Positions 40,739-49,855 of a stretch of DNA of 52,319 nucleotides are shown here, one piece after another. Under the pieces are notes generated by a model. The model saw only the letters and a list, made by a program, of their open reading frames with translations. It ran no database searches and was not told where the DNA came from. The stretch lies in NCBI GenBank assembly GCA_944332725.1, contig CALVKO010000002.1:1-52319 (forward strand). Reading direction: 5' to 3'. Position 1 is the first letter of the stretch. Each line of letters begins with the position of its first letter. Source of the stretch: an uncultured Bacilli bacterium (lineage in GTDB: Bacteria > Bacillota_I > Bacilli_A > RF39 > UBA660). The position numbers were made by a program, and so were the translations under genes.

Positions 40739-41284
40739 ATGAGTGTATTTTTTATAACATTAATAATTATTATTTTTATTTGTTTAATTTTAGTTTGGTA
40801 TGTAAATACTTATAATAAATTTCAAGGATTTATTATTAGAATAAATGAAGTAGAAGCAAATATCGATACAACATTAAGAAAAAGATTTGATTTACTTAAT
40901 AAATCAATTAACATCATTAAAGGTAATATTAAAACTGAAGAAGATGTTTTAGGATTAATAGTAAAATTAAGGAGTCGCAAATTATCAAATTTTGATTTAG
41001 ATCGACAATTATATGATGCAATTAACGAATTTAACTATTACAAAGATAATTATCCAGAATTAAATGAAAGCGATGCTTTATTAAAGATAGATATCTCTTT
41101 AAATGAAAGTGAACATGAAATAACAGCATTAAGAAAATATTATAACGATATAATCACCGATTATAATAAATTAGTTAGAAAATTTCCAAGTAATTTAGTA
41201 GCTATTATAGCAAAATACAAAGAAAAAACTTATTACGATGGCAAAAATATGAACGACGATATTACAAACGATTTTAAATTATAA
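40739..41284 (+). CDS. lemA: LemA-family protein
   Basis: N-terminal TM helix, then YNKFQGFIIRINEVEANIDTTLRKRFDLL and YYNDIITDYNKLVRKFPSNLVA. Confidence 0.85.
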   Translation: MSVFFITLIIIIFICLILVWYVNTYNKFQGFIIRINEVEANIDTTLRKRFDLLNKSINIIKGNIKTEEDVLGLIVKLRSRKLSNFDLDRQLYDAINEFNYYKDNYPELNESDALLKIDISLNESEHEITALRKYYNDIITDYNKLVRKFPSNLVAIIAKYKEKTYYDGKNMNDDITNDFKL

Positions 41285-41294
41285 AAAGAGAAAA

Positions 41295-41702
41295 TTATTT
41301 TTTCTCTTTTTTTCTTATTTTTATTATAATAACTAAAAATATTAAAATTCCAATCCCGATTATCAAATAATAATTGTTATTATTTTGAACATTATTTACA
41401 ACTGGAGTATTATTTTCTATTTTTAATACAATTTCACCATCTTCAGAATATAAATAATTTTCTTTTGCATATCTAACAACATATTCAGGATCATTTAATT
41501 TTTGAATTTCTATTTTTAAATTTGCTTTTTTATCTTGTAAAGAAACTAATTGATTTTTTAAGTTTGTTTCTTCATTTTTTAAGGAAATGTAATTATAAGT
41601 ATAACCAATTAAAGTAACAAAAAAATACCCTATTGCAATAATAGAAAGAATTCCAAATATCATCAATCTTCTTTTAGACTTTTTTGAAACTTTTTTCCTC
41701 AT
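41295..41702 (-). CDS. divIC: Septum formation initiator (DivIC/FtsB family)
   Basis: TM helix followed by the coiled coil LKNEETNLKNQLVSLQDKKANLKIEIQKLNDPEYVVRYAKE. An extra C-terminal TM helix is present. Confidence 0.65.
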   Translation of the reverse strand: MRKKVSKKSKRRLMIFGILSIIAIGYFFVTLIGYTYNYISLKNEETNLKNQLVSLQDKKANLKIEIQKLNDPEYVVRYAKENYLYSEDGEIVLKIENNTPVVNNVQNNNNYYLIIGIGILIFLVIIIKIRKKEKK

Positions 41703-41725
41703 ATCTATCCTCCTAGAAGATTATA

Positions 41726-42007
41726 TCACTTTTTTTTAAATAATACAATTTGTTTAATATATTTCTTTATTATAATATGTAAAAAAAAGCCAATTATAAA
41801 AGAAATAATATAATAAGGATGAATAATTGCATTATTTATTTTTAATAAGGTTAAAAAATAAATAAAAGTGAAAATTATAATAAATAGGAAAGAAAATATA
41901 ATATTTATTACTTTTTGCTTATAAATCAAATCGATAAAAAAAGAAAAGATGAATCCAAATAAAATTGAAATTACAAATGTTTTAATTTGTATATCTAATG
42001 TCATCAT
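41726..42007 (-). CDS. yabQ: Spore cortex protein YabQ-like
   Basis: Small 3-TM protein immediately downstream of, and overlapping, yabP. Confidence 0.6.
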   Translation of the reverse strand: MMTLDIQIKTFVISILFGFIFSFFIDLIYKQKVINIIFSFLFIIIFTFIYFLTLLKINNAIIHPYYIISFIIGFFLHIIIKKYIKQIVLFKKK

Positions 42008-42282
42008 TTAAATAATTTGCTAAAAACTCCTTCTTCTTTTTTAATACTATCATAAGTTAAACTATTTATAGTTCCTTTTATTGATACAGTACCTTGATAA
42101 GTGTCTAATTTAATTATTTCTAATTCTGTACCTTTTATAACAATATTCCCCATTGTTGTTTCTAATAAAAATTCTTCATTATCAAAACTTTCTATTTTTT
42201 TTACACCACTTATAATTATATTTTTTCTTTCATTTATTGTCACATTATGATTTAAATTATTTAATGAATCTATCTTGTCCAT
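42004..42282 (-). CDS. yabP: Sporulation protein YabP
   Basis: ISGVKKIESFDNEEFLLETTMGNIVIKGTELEI matches the YabP core. Confidence 0.75.
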   Translation of the reverse strand: MDKIDSLNNLNHNVTINERKNIIISGVKKIESFDNEEFLLETTMGNIVIKGTELEIIKLDTYQGTVSIKGTINSLTYDSIKKEEGVFSKLFK

Positions 42283-42336
42283 AAATTGCCTCCTTTATAA
42301 ATATATATGAAAAAAATATAACTTTTATGTTATATT

Positions 42337-43326
42337 TTAAATCCAAACTCCCCATAGTATTGCAATAGCCGCTAAAACGATGCCAAAAAACCAGAATGTT
42401 TTAACAATATCTAATTCATGCCATCCTAATTTTTCAAAATGATGATGTAAAGGAGTCATCAAAAATACTCTTTTACCAAAAAATCTAACTGATAATCTTT
42501 GAATAATACATACTAGAGTTTCAACTACAAATACGCCTGCTACTACAATTAAAGTTAATTCATGGCTTGATACTATTGATACTGCTGCTAATGTGCCACC
42601 TAGGGCTAAAGAACCAGTATCACCCATAAATACTTTAGCAGGATAAGTATTAAAGAAACAAAACGCTATTAAAGCTCCAACTAATATAAAACAAAATACA
42701 CCAATATCTTCATTACCAGCTATTCCGAGTGAGGCCCACGCTATCATACCAAAAGCTAAAAATGCAATTGCTGATAAACCACCTGCTAAGCCATCTAAAC
42801 CATCAGTTAAGTTAACTGCATTTGTAGTTGCTACTAACATAAGTAATATTAATAACCAATAAAAATTGCCTAAAGGAATTGTTAAATTAAATGTATATAT
42901 CTCTAATACCGGTTCTCTTCCACCCGCTCTAAATAAAATAAAAAATATAAATGCTATGAATATTTGACCTATTAGTTTTTGTAATTCACTTAATCCAATA
43001 TTATTATGTCTTTTTATAATTAAATAATCATCAATAAATCCTAATAAAGCATAGGCTAAAAAAACAAACATCACAATTCCTAAATTATAAGTCATTTCTA
43101 ATTTATTCGTCAATAATAAAATAACAACAGACAAAATAGTAGGAATTATAAAAATTAATCCCCCCATCGTTGGAGTTCCCTCTTTGTCTTTATGTTTAGA
43201 CAAAAAAATACTTACAGATTGTTTTACATTCATTTTTCTAAGTATTGGTATCAAGACAACTCCAAATATAATTGATAATATAAATCCTATCATAAATGCT
43301 AGTACAGCTTTTGCTAAAATTAACAC
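42337..43326 (-). CDS. mraY: Phospho-N-acetylmuramoyl-pentapeptide transferase
   Basis: GFIDDYLIIKR, NAVNLTDGLDGLAGG, MGDTGSLALGG and PLHHHFE. Confidence 0.95.
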   Translation of the reverse strand: MLILAKAVLAFMIGFILSIIFGVVLIPILRKMNVKQSVSIFLSKHKDKEGTPTMGGLIFIIPTILSVVILLLTNKLEMTYNLGIVMFVFLAYALLGFIDDYLIIKRHNNIGLSELQKLIGQIFIAFIFFILFRAGGREPVLEIYTFNLTIPLGNFYWLLILLMLVATTNAVNLTDGLDGLAGGLSAIAFLAFGMIAWASLGIAGNEDIGVFCFILVGALIAFCFFNTYPAKVFMGDTGSLALGGTLAAVSIVSSHELTLIVVAGVFVVETLVCIIQRLSVRFFGKRVFLMTPLHHHFEKLGWHELDIVKTFWFFGIVLAAIAILWGVWI

Positions 43327-43340
43327 ATAATCATCTCCAC

Positions 43341-44645
43341 TTATATATTTTTCATTACTATTTCCTTATCATCAAAATGATATTTTACTCCATTTATAAT
43401 TTGATAATTTTCATGTCCTTTTCCTAGTACTAATAGTATATCATTTTTTTCTAACATTTGTATACCCTTTATAATGGCTTTTTCTCTGTTTAAAATAATT
43501 TCATAATTAAATTTGTCAAGATTATGTAACATATCACTAATAATATTATTAGGATTTTCACATCTAGGATTATCATTAGTAAATATGACATAATCACTAT
43601 TAGAACAAGCTATATTACTCATAATTGGTCTTTTAGAACTATCCCTATCTCCACCGCAGCCAATTATTGTTATTACTTTATTATGTTTTAATTCTTTAGT
43701 AGAATTAATTATTTTATTAACCGCATCAGGTGTATGAGCATAATCAATAATTATTAAATTATTATCTTTATTTACTATATCCATTCTTCCTGGAGGACAA
43801 GTTAAATCTTCTACTACTTTTGTATCTAATTTCAATTCACTTAATAATGCTATTACAACTAATAAATTATATATATTATGTTTCCCAATTAAATTAGTTT
43901 TATAAGTTATATTATTAACTTTAAATGTTCGATTATTTAAATCAATATCTGATAATTTATAATCACCATTTATTCCATAAGTTATGGTGTTATCTCTAAT
44001 AAAATAATCTTTATATTCATCATCGCTATTAACTAATGTCTTAATCGTTACTTTATCAAATAGTTTTTGTTTCGCTTTAATATAATTTTCGATTGTCTTA
44101 TGATAATCTAAATGATCTATAGTTAAATTAGAAAAAATACCATATTTAAACTCCAATTTATCTAATCTATGCATATCTAAAGCGTGACTACTACATTCCA
44201 TTACAACATATTCAATATTATTATCAACGCATTCCAATAATAATTCATATATTTCTAAAATGTCTGGAGTTGTATTATTTAATGATTTTATTTTTTTATC
44301 TAAATAAAAACCAATTGTTCCGATATACGCACACTTAATGCCTAATTTGTTTAATGCTTGATAAATTAAAAAACAAGTTGTCGTTTTACCATTAGTACCT
44401 GTCATGCCAATTAGTTTTAAATCTTTAATTTTATTGTAGTAATTATCATATAAATAATCGACTAAATATTTATGAGTATCATCAACTTTTATAGTTTCAA
44501 CATCATAACTTCCTTCTTCCACTACTACTCTATTAGCACCATTTTTTATAGCATCTAACACATATTTATGACCATCATTTACTTTTTTTAAAGCAACAAA
44601 GATATCACCTTTTACTACTTTCCTCGAATCATCTTTTATATTCAT
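43341..44645 (-). CDS. murE: MurE ligase, canonical motifs (DNPR, meso-DAP type)
   Basis: GMTGTNGKTT, ECSSHAL, GCGGDRDSSKRP and TNDNPRCENP. Start taken at MNIKDD. Confidence 0.9.
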   Translation of the reverse strand: MNIKDDSRKVVKGDIFVALKKVNDGHKYVLDAIKNGANRVVVEEGSYDVETIKVDDTHKYLVDYLYDNYYNKIKDLKLIGMTGTNGKTTTCFLIYQALNKLGIKCAYIGTIGFYLDKKIKSLNNTTPDILEIYELLLECVDNNIEYVVMECSSHALDMHRLDKLEFKYGIFSNLTIDHLDYHKTIENYIKAKQKLFDKVTIKTLVNSDDEYKDYFIRDNTITYGINGDYKLSDIDLNNRTFKVNNITYKTNLIGKHNIYNLLVVIALLSELKLDTKVVEDLTCPPGRMDIVNKDNNLIIIDYAHTPDAVNKIINSTKELKHNKVITIIGCGGDRDSSKRPIMSNIACSNSDYVIFTNDNPRCENPNNIISDMLHNLDKFNYEIILNREKAIIKGIQMLEKNDILLVLGKGHENYQIINGVKYHFDDKEIVMKNI

Positions 44646-44687
44646 AAAAAAACACCTCACAATATTTTATGAGAATGTTTTTTTGTG

Positions 44688-46064
44688 TCAACTACATTTT
44701 TGTTTAATATAATCTAAAATTATATCTTTTTCAATAAAAGGAACTTTTTCATGTTTTTCATTTATTAATACTTCTTCGTGACCATGACCTAATATTAATA
44801 AAGAATCATTTTCTTCTAATAAATCAATTCCACGATAAATAGCTTTTTTTCTATCTAAGATAATTTCATAGTTTTTATTTTTTAATCCTTCCAACATATC
44901 TTTTATTACATTCATTGGATCTTCTTTAAAAATATGATCATTAGTTACGATTGCATATTTAGCCAAATCTGTGGCTGCTTGCATCATTCCTTTTCTTCTT
45001 CCAATATCTCTATTAGCCCTACAACAAAATACTACATAAGTGTTACCTTTAGTAACTCTTTTTATAGTACTTACAACTTTTTTTAAGCCATCGGGAGTAT
45101 GAGCATAATCAATATAAATATTATTAGTTTTATATTTAATTCTTTCAATTCTTCCTTTTGGTGGATCTAATTTAGAAATTATCTCAACTATTTTATTTTG
45201 ATTAATTTTCATATCTTCTAAAATAATGATAATTGGCATTAAATTTAAAGCATTATATTCTCCTAATAATTTAGTATGAATATTTACATTTTTATCATTG
45301 TGTTTATAGGTAAAAGTACTTCCTTCAATATTCATTTTAAAATCAGTTATTTGATAGTCACTTTTATTAAAACCAAAAGTTATATTATTATTATCTAATA
45401 AGAAATAGTGACTATTTATATCATCAATATTAACGATAGCCTTACCTTCTTTTTTAACTCTTTTAAACATTAATTGTTTTGCTAAAGCATAATTTTCAAA
45501 AGTCTTATGAATATCTAAATGATCTCTTGTTAAATTAGAAAATATAGCATAATCATATTCGATTCCTTCTAATCTTCGATCTGATAATCCCTGACTGCTT
45601 GCTTCTAAAGCAACTACTTTATGACCTTCGTTATATGCATTAATAATTAATTCATATGTGTCACAAATATCTGGAGAAGTATTAGCAAGATAACACTTTT
45701 TACCTTCTTTAGTAAAATAGCCAATTGTTCCAATAGATGCAGTAGGAATTCCTAATAAATTAAGTGCTTGATAAATTAAACTAACTGAAGTTGATTTACC
45801 ATTAGTACCTGTAAAACCAATAATAGTCATTTCATCTAAATATTTTTTATAATTTTTTATCAAATATTCTTCTAAATATTTTCTAGTATCTTCAACTATA
45901 ATTGTTTCAACGGAATAGCTTCCGTGATTAGCAACTATTTTGCTAGCACCATTTTCAATTGCTTTTGAAATATAATCATGCCCATCACCTTCAGCGGTTT
46001 TTAAAGCAACAAAAATATCTCCTTTTTTTATTTTTCTTGAATCTGTTTTTATGTTAAAGTTCAT
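44688..46064 (-). CDS. Divergent MurE-like Mur ligase paralog
   Basis: Same fold and N-terminus as murE (KGDIFVALK, GFTGTNGKST), but with EASSQGL, CCRANRDIGRRK and TNDHIFKEDP in place of the canonical motifs. Start taken at MNFNIK, which follows GAGAGGTGA. Confidence 0.8.
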   Translation of the reverse strand: MNFNIKTDSRKIKKGDIFVALKTAEGDGHDYISKAIENGASKIVANHGSYSVETIIVEDTRKYLEEYLIKNYKKYLDEMTIIGFTGTNGKSTSVSLIYQALNLLGIPTASIGTIGYFTKEGKKCYLANTSPDICDTYELIINAYNEGHKVVALEASSQGLSDRRLEGIEYDYAIFSNLTRDHLDIHKTFENYALAKQLMFKRVKKEGKAIVNIDDINSHYFLLDNNNITFGFNKSDYQITDFKMNIEGSTFTYKHNDKNVNIHTKLLGEYNALNLMPIIIILEDMKINQNKIVEIISKLDPPKGRIERIKYKTNNIYIDYAHTPDGLKKVVSTIKRVTKGNTYVVFCCRANRDIGRRKGMMQAATDLAKYAIVTNDHIFKEDPMNVIKDMLEGLKNKNYEIILDRKKAIYRGIDLLEENDSLLILGHGHEEVLINEKHEKVPFIEKDIILDYIKQKCS

Positions 46065-46068
46065 ATTA

Positions 46069-47658
46069 TCACCTCTCGTTAAAAATATCTGGTAGATCAT
46101 TTTCTAATAATATATATACTTCTCCTTTAAAATATGTTTGTGCGATTGCTATAGCATCTTTTACATCATTTACTACTTTTAACTTATCTAAATCATATTT
46201 TTTAGATATTAATCCTTCTTTAATTGGTATAGTTTGCTTTTCACCAACTAAAATAGTTAAATCTGCAACATCAGCAATATATGTTCCAAAATTATAATTA
46301 TATTCATATTGTTTATCTGCTAATTCAATCATTCCTGGTGTTATAACTATTTTTTTGCCAGGCATTAAGTTAAGAACATCTAGAGCCATTTTAGAGCCAA
46401 TAGGATTAGAATTATACGCATCATCAATATAATTAATATCACCATATTTTTTTAATTGTAGCCTATGTTCAACTGGTACTATTTTTAATACTCCTCTTTG
46501 CATTTGTTCAATACTAACGCCTAACTCTTTAGCCAAAGTAATACCAGCTAAAATATTATATATATTAGCAGTACCTAATATTTTAGTCTTAAATTCATAT
46601 TTTTTATTTTCAATTGTTACATTAAAACTCATACCATTACTAGAATATTCTATATCACTTGCAACAACATCAGCATCTTTATTTTCAATACCGTACCAAC
46701 ATATTTTACAATTATTGTTTATTTGATAATTTACTTGTATTTTATCATCTTTATTTAAAATAGCTATGCCATCACTTGGTAAAGATTCAATTAAATCAAA
46801 TTTTTCTTTAGCTATATTTTCAATTGTTTTAAATGAATCTAAATGGGCAGTACCTATCGTTGTTAATATACCATATTTAGGTTTAACAATACTTGCTTCT
46901 GTTTTAATATCATTTTTCTTTAGTGTACCCATTTCCGCAATAAAATAATCATTATATTTATCAATATATTGATTAATTGTTCTTATTAATCCATAACTTG
47001 TATTATAGTTTAATGGAGTCTTAAAAACTATATATTTTTCATTTAAAATATCATATAAAAAATTTTTTGTACTAGTTTTACCATAACTACCAGTGATACC
47101 TATAACTTCCATATTAGATAATGATTTTAGTTTTTTATTAGCCTTCCTTTTAAAACTTAAATAAACATATTTTTCAACTGGTATATTAATTATATTAGCT
47201 AAATAAACCATAAAATAATTTAAATATATTAATAAATATAAAATTAAAAGATAATAATTAATATATTTCTCATTATAATTAATAAAAATAATTAAAAAAT
47301 AAACAAAATATATAATAAATATAGTTGCCCATAATCTTTTTATTCTTGCTGTATTAACAAGTGGTTTTTTTACTTGTTCTTTTTTTAAATAATTTCTAAA
47401 ACTTATTATCAAATAAATATTAAATAATATACTTATTATTAAAATAATATTTATATCACCAAAATAACTTAATAAAAATATTAAAATAAATAAAAATATT
47501 GGTCTTACAAAAACAATTCTTTTATTTTTAGAAATCCATTTTAAATATCTATTATCTTCATTATATCTATTTTGTTGTAAATTATGTAATATTTTTTTTA
47601 TATCTATAATGTTGTAAATCATTAAAATTAAAATATTAATTATTATTAATGCCATCAT
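46069..47658 (-). CDS. murF: MurF-like D-Ala-D-Ala-adding Mur ligase with a polytopic N-terminal membrane domain
   Basis: Residues 1 to ~165 are hydrophobic (about five helices). They are followed by GITGSYGKTSTK, AEMGT, TTIGTAHLDSF and DDAYNSNP. Confidence 0.8.
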   Translation of the reverse strand: MMALIIINILILMIYNIIDIKKILHNLQQNRYNEDNRYLKWISKNKRIVFVRPIFLFILIFLLSYFGDINIILIISILFNIYLIISFRNYLKKEQVKKPLVNTARIKRLWATIFIIYFVYFLIIFINYNEKYINYYLLILYLLIYLNYFMVYLANIINIPVEKYVYLSFKRKANKKLKSLSNMEVIGITGSYGKTSTKNFLYDILNEKYIVFKTPLNYNTSYGLIRTINQYIDKYNDYFIAEMGTLKKNDIKTEASIVKPKYGILTTIGTAHLDSFKTIENIAKEKFDLIESLPSDGIAILNKDDKIQVNYQINNNCKICWYGIENKDADVVASDIEYSSNGMSFNVTIENKKYEFKTKILGTANIYNILAGITLAKELGVSIEQMQRGVLKIVPVEHRLQLKKYGDINYIDDAYNSNPIGSKMALDVLNLMPGKKIVITPGMIELADKQYEYNYNFGTYIADVADLTILVGEKQTIPIKEGLISKKYDLDKLKVVNDVKDAIAIAQTYFKGEVYILLENDLPDIFNER

Positions 47659-48551
47659 AATCTCCTTTTTATTTCTTCTAAATTAGAAATACCAAAATTT
47701 AATTGTTCATTTACTGCGTTTAAACTAAACCTATACCAACTATTCCAAGCATCATCAGTTTTTTCGATAACTATTTTTCTTAAATTTTCTCTATAACTTC
47801 TACGCATCATTAAAAAACTTTTCGACATATAAAGAGCAGGTAGATTAATATTTGTTAAATTAAATTTTCTGCTTAAATCCCATATTTTTAATTGATGTAC
47901 TAATCTTGCTAATCTTGTATTACCATCAGGAAATGCTTGTAATATAGCAATTAAAGCATGAGCATTAAATGGTTTTAAAAATATTTCTTCTTCTTTTGTA
48001 GCCTCAGAATTAATAAATTTACATATTAAATTCATTGCTTCAGGTATTTCTTCTTTTCTAATTGGTATAAAATGTATATCTCTTGCTCCACCTTCTATAC
48101 CTTCAACAACTTTATCATCTTTAGTTCTATATCCTAAATTTATACCTTCTTCTTCTGTTCCTTCCATAATTTTATCATGTAATTCTTCTAGATCATTAGG
48201 AGTTAAAATATGGTTTTTATTTAATTTAGAAACACCCAAATCAATTGAATTAGATGAATCTAATGTTCGATATAGCTCTAATAAAAACATATTTTCATGT
48301 TCTGCTTTTTGATTATGTTTTATTTCATTTTTTCTTAAAGTTTCTAAAAATCCTTGTTTTATTTTTTCTGGTAAAGATGAAATTAAATCTAAATATTTTC
48401 TATAAATTTCAAGAGTTTCATTTATATATTCTTTATTATCATTTGAAACATTTATTGAATTTATTCTCTTCACATCTTCTAATGTTACAACTTCGTACAA
48501 ACCAGAATTTATTAAATCTATTACTCTTTTTTCCGCATCTAAATAAGTCAT
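47655..48551 (-). CDS. Fic-domain protein with a non-canonical motif (His replaced by Gln)
   Basis: AHALIAILQAFPDGNTRLARL compared with the canonical HPFx(D/E)GN(G/K)RxxR. Its TGA stop overlaps the murF ATG (ATGA). Confidence 0.75.
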   Translation of the reverse strand: MTYLDAEKRVIDLINSGLYEVVTLEDVKRINSINVSNDNKEYINETLEIYRKYLDLISSLPEKIKQGFLETLRKNEIKHNQKAEHENMFLLELYRTLDSSNSIDLGVSKLNKNHILTPNDLEELHDKIMEGTEEEGINLGYRTKDDKVVEGIEGGARDIHFIPIRKEEIPEAMNLICKFINSEATKEEEIFLKPFNAHALIAILQAFPDGNTRLARLVHQLKIWDLSRKFNLTNINLPALYMSKSFLMMRRSYRENLRKIVIEKTDDAWNSWYRFSLNAVNEQLNFGISNLEEIKRRL

Positions 48552-48559
48552 ATTACCTC

Positions 48560-49057
48560 CTAAAACATATCTATTATTTTATCTAATTTATCAATAACTG
48601 GAAATCCTTTATCCTTAGTTAAATCACGAGAAAATTGTATTCCAATTCCTCCTTCTGATTCCCATTCTTTTAAATTACCGGAATAATCATCAATTAAAAT
48701 TGCATCTTTACTTAAGCATATTTTTGTTTTTGAAATTTCCCTTGGTACTGGTATTATTGTTACATCTTTAAAATATTTCCTAATATGGTTTATTTTAGCG
48801 ACTGCTTCATCTAATGAATTTACATGTGTCAATATGGCTACATTAAATTTGTTTGAAGCAAATATTTTTTTTAAACAATTAAAACCATCATTAATAATAG
48901 GTGTCAAAGTTAATAATTGTTTCCAATTTAAATTAGAGTAAAATTCTTTCATTTTTTCTGGATCTTTTCGATCTACTTCTAATCGATCTAACATGTCATA
49001 AGTAACACCAATAGTATCCATAATTACACCATCAAAATCTATATATAAATTTTTCAT
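48560..49057 (-). CDS. HAD-superfamily hydrolase, 5'(3')-deoxyribonucleotidase-like
   Basis: Motif I YIDFDGVIMDT and motif IV LIDDY. Length 165 aa. Confidence 0.55.
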   Translation of the reverse strand: MKNLYIDFDGVIMDTIGVTYDMLDRLEVDRKDPEKMKEFYSNLNWKQLLTLTPIINDGFNCLKKIFASNKFNVAILTHVNSLDEAVAKINHIRKYFKDVTIIPVPREISKTKICLSKDAILIDDYSGNLKEWESEGGIGIQFSRDLTKDKGFPVIDKLDKIIDMF

Positions 49058-49079
49058 AACATCACCTTTAAATATTATA

Positions 49080-49793
49080 TCATATCTTAAATATATTAGT
49101 GTATTTCTTTATAATTATTATCAAAATTAAACAAATCAAAAATACACTATAGTTAATTACAAAATTATTTTGAATTAAAATTGGCAAAAATAAAGTAGTT
49201 GTTATATTACTAGTCATATGTAATATAATTGGTGCTTTAATATTCTTATATTTTTCATAAACAAATATCAAAATAAAACCAATTGCTAAAGCATATAAAG
49301 TTTGAATTATATTAAAATGAATAATAGCAAAAAAAATCGTTGTTATTAATATTGCTTTCATATTTTTATATTTACTTTTTAATTCATTATAAATAATACC
49401 TCTAAACATTAATTCTTCAATAATTGGGCCTATTAATCCTGCAGATATTAATGTAATTATTAAATTATTATTATTGTCAAATAAAGATGTTTTTAATAAA
49501 AAATTAAGATAATAAGCAAAAATATTATAAATTAAACTTAATATAACTCCTAATATAATTAAATTAAAATAACTGATTTTAATTTTTTTATCATTTTGAT
49601 ATTTTTTATAATCTTTTATTAATAAAGGAATAAATATAATAGCAACAATCAAAATTATATATATTTGTTTAGTTTTCAAATATTCATTAAATAAATTTGT
49701 ATCATTACCATTCGTAATAAAATTATAGGCTAACAAAATTATTATAATAAATTGAAACAAAAAATATATTAATGGCCACTTTATAACTTTCAT
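49080..49793 (-). CDS. CPBP-family intramembrane glutamic endopeptidase (Abi/CAAX protease-like)
   Basis: GPIIEELMFRG, FAIIHF and HMTSN motifs in a polytopic protein. Start taken at MKVIKW. Confidence 0.8.
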   Translation of the reverse strand: MKVIKWPLIYFLFQFIIIILLAYNFITNGNDTNLFNEYLKTKQIYIILIVAIIFIPLLIKDYKKYQNDKKIKISYFNLIILGVILSLIYNIFAYYLNFLLKTSLFDNNNNLIITLISAGLIGPIIEELMFRGIIYNELKSKYKNMKAILITTIFFAIIHFNIIQTLYALAIGFILIFVYEKYKNIKAPIILHMTSNITTTLFLPILIQNNFVINYSVFLICLILIIIIKKYTNIFKI

Positions 49794-49855
49794 ATCATTC
49801 ACCATATTAATTATATAATAAATTAATAAATAAAACAATAAAAAAAGATTGTTTA

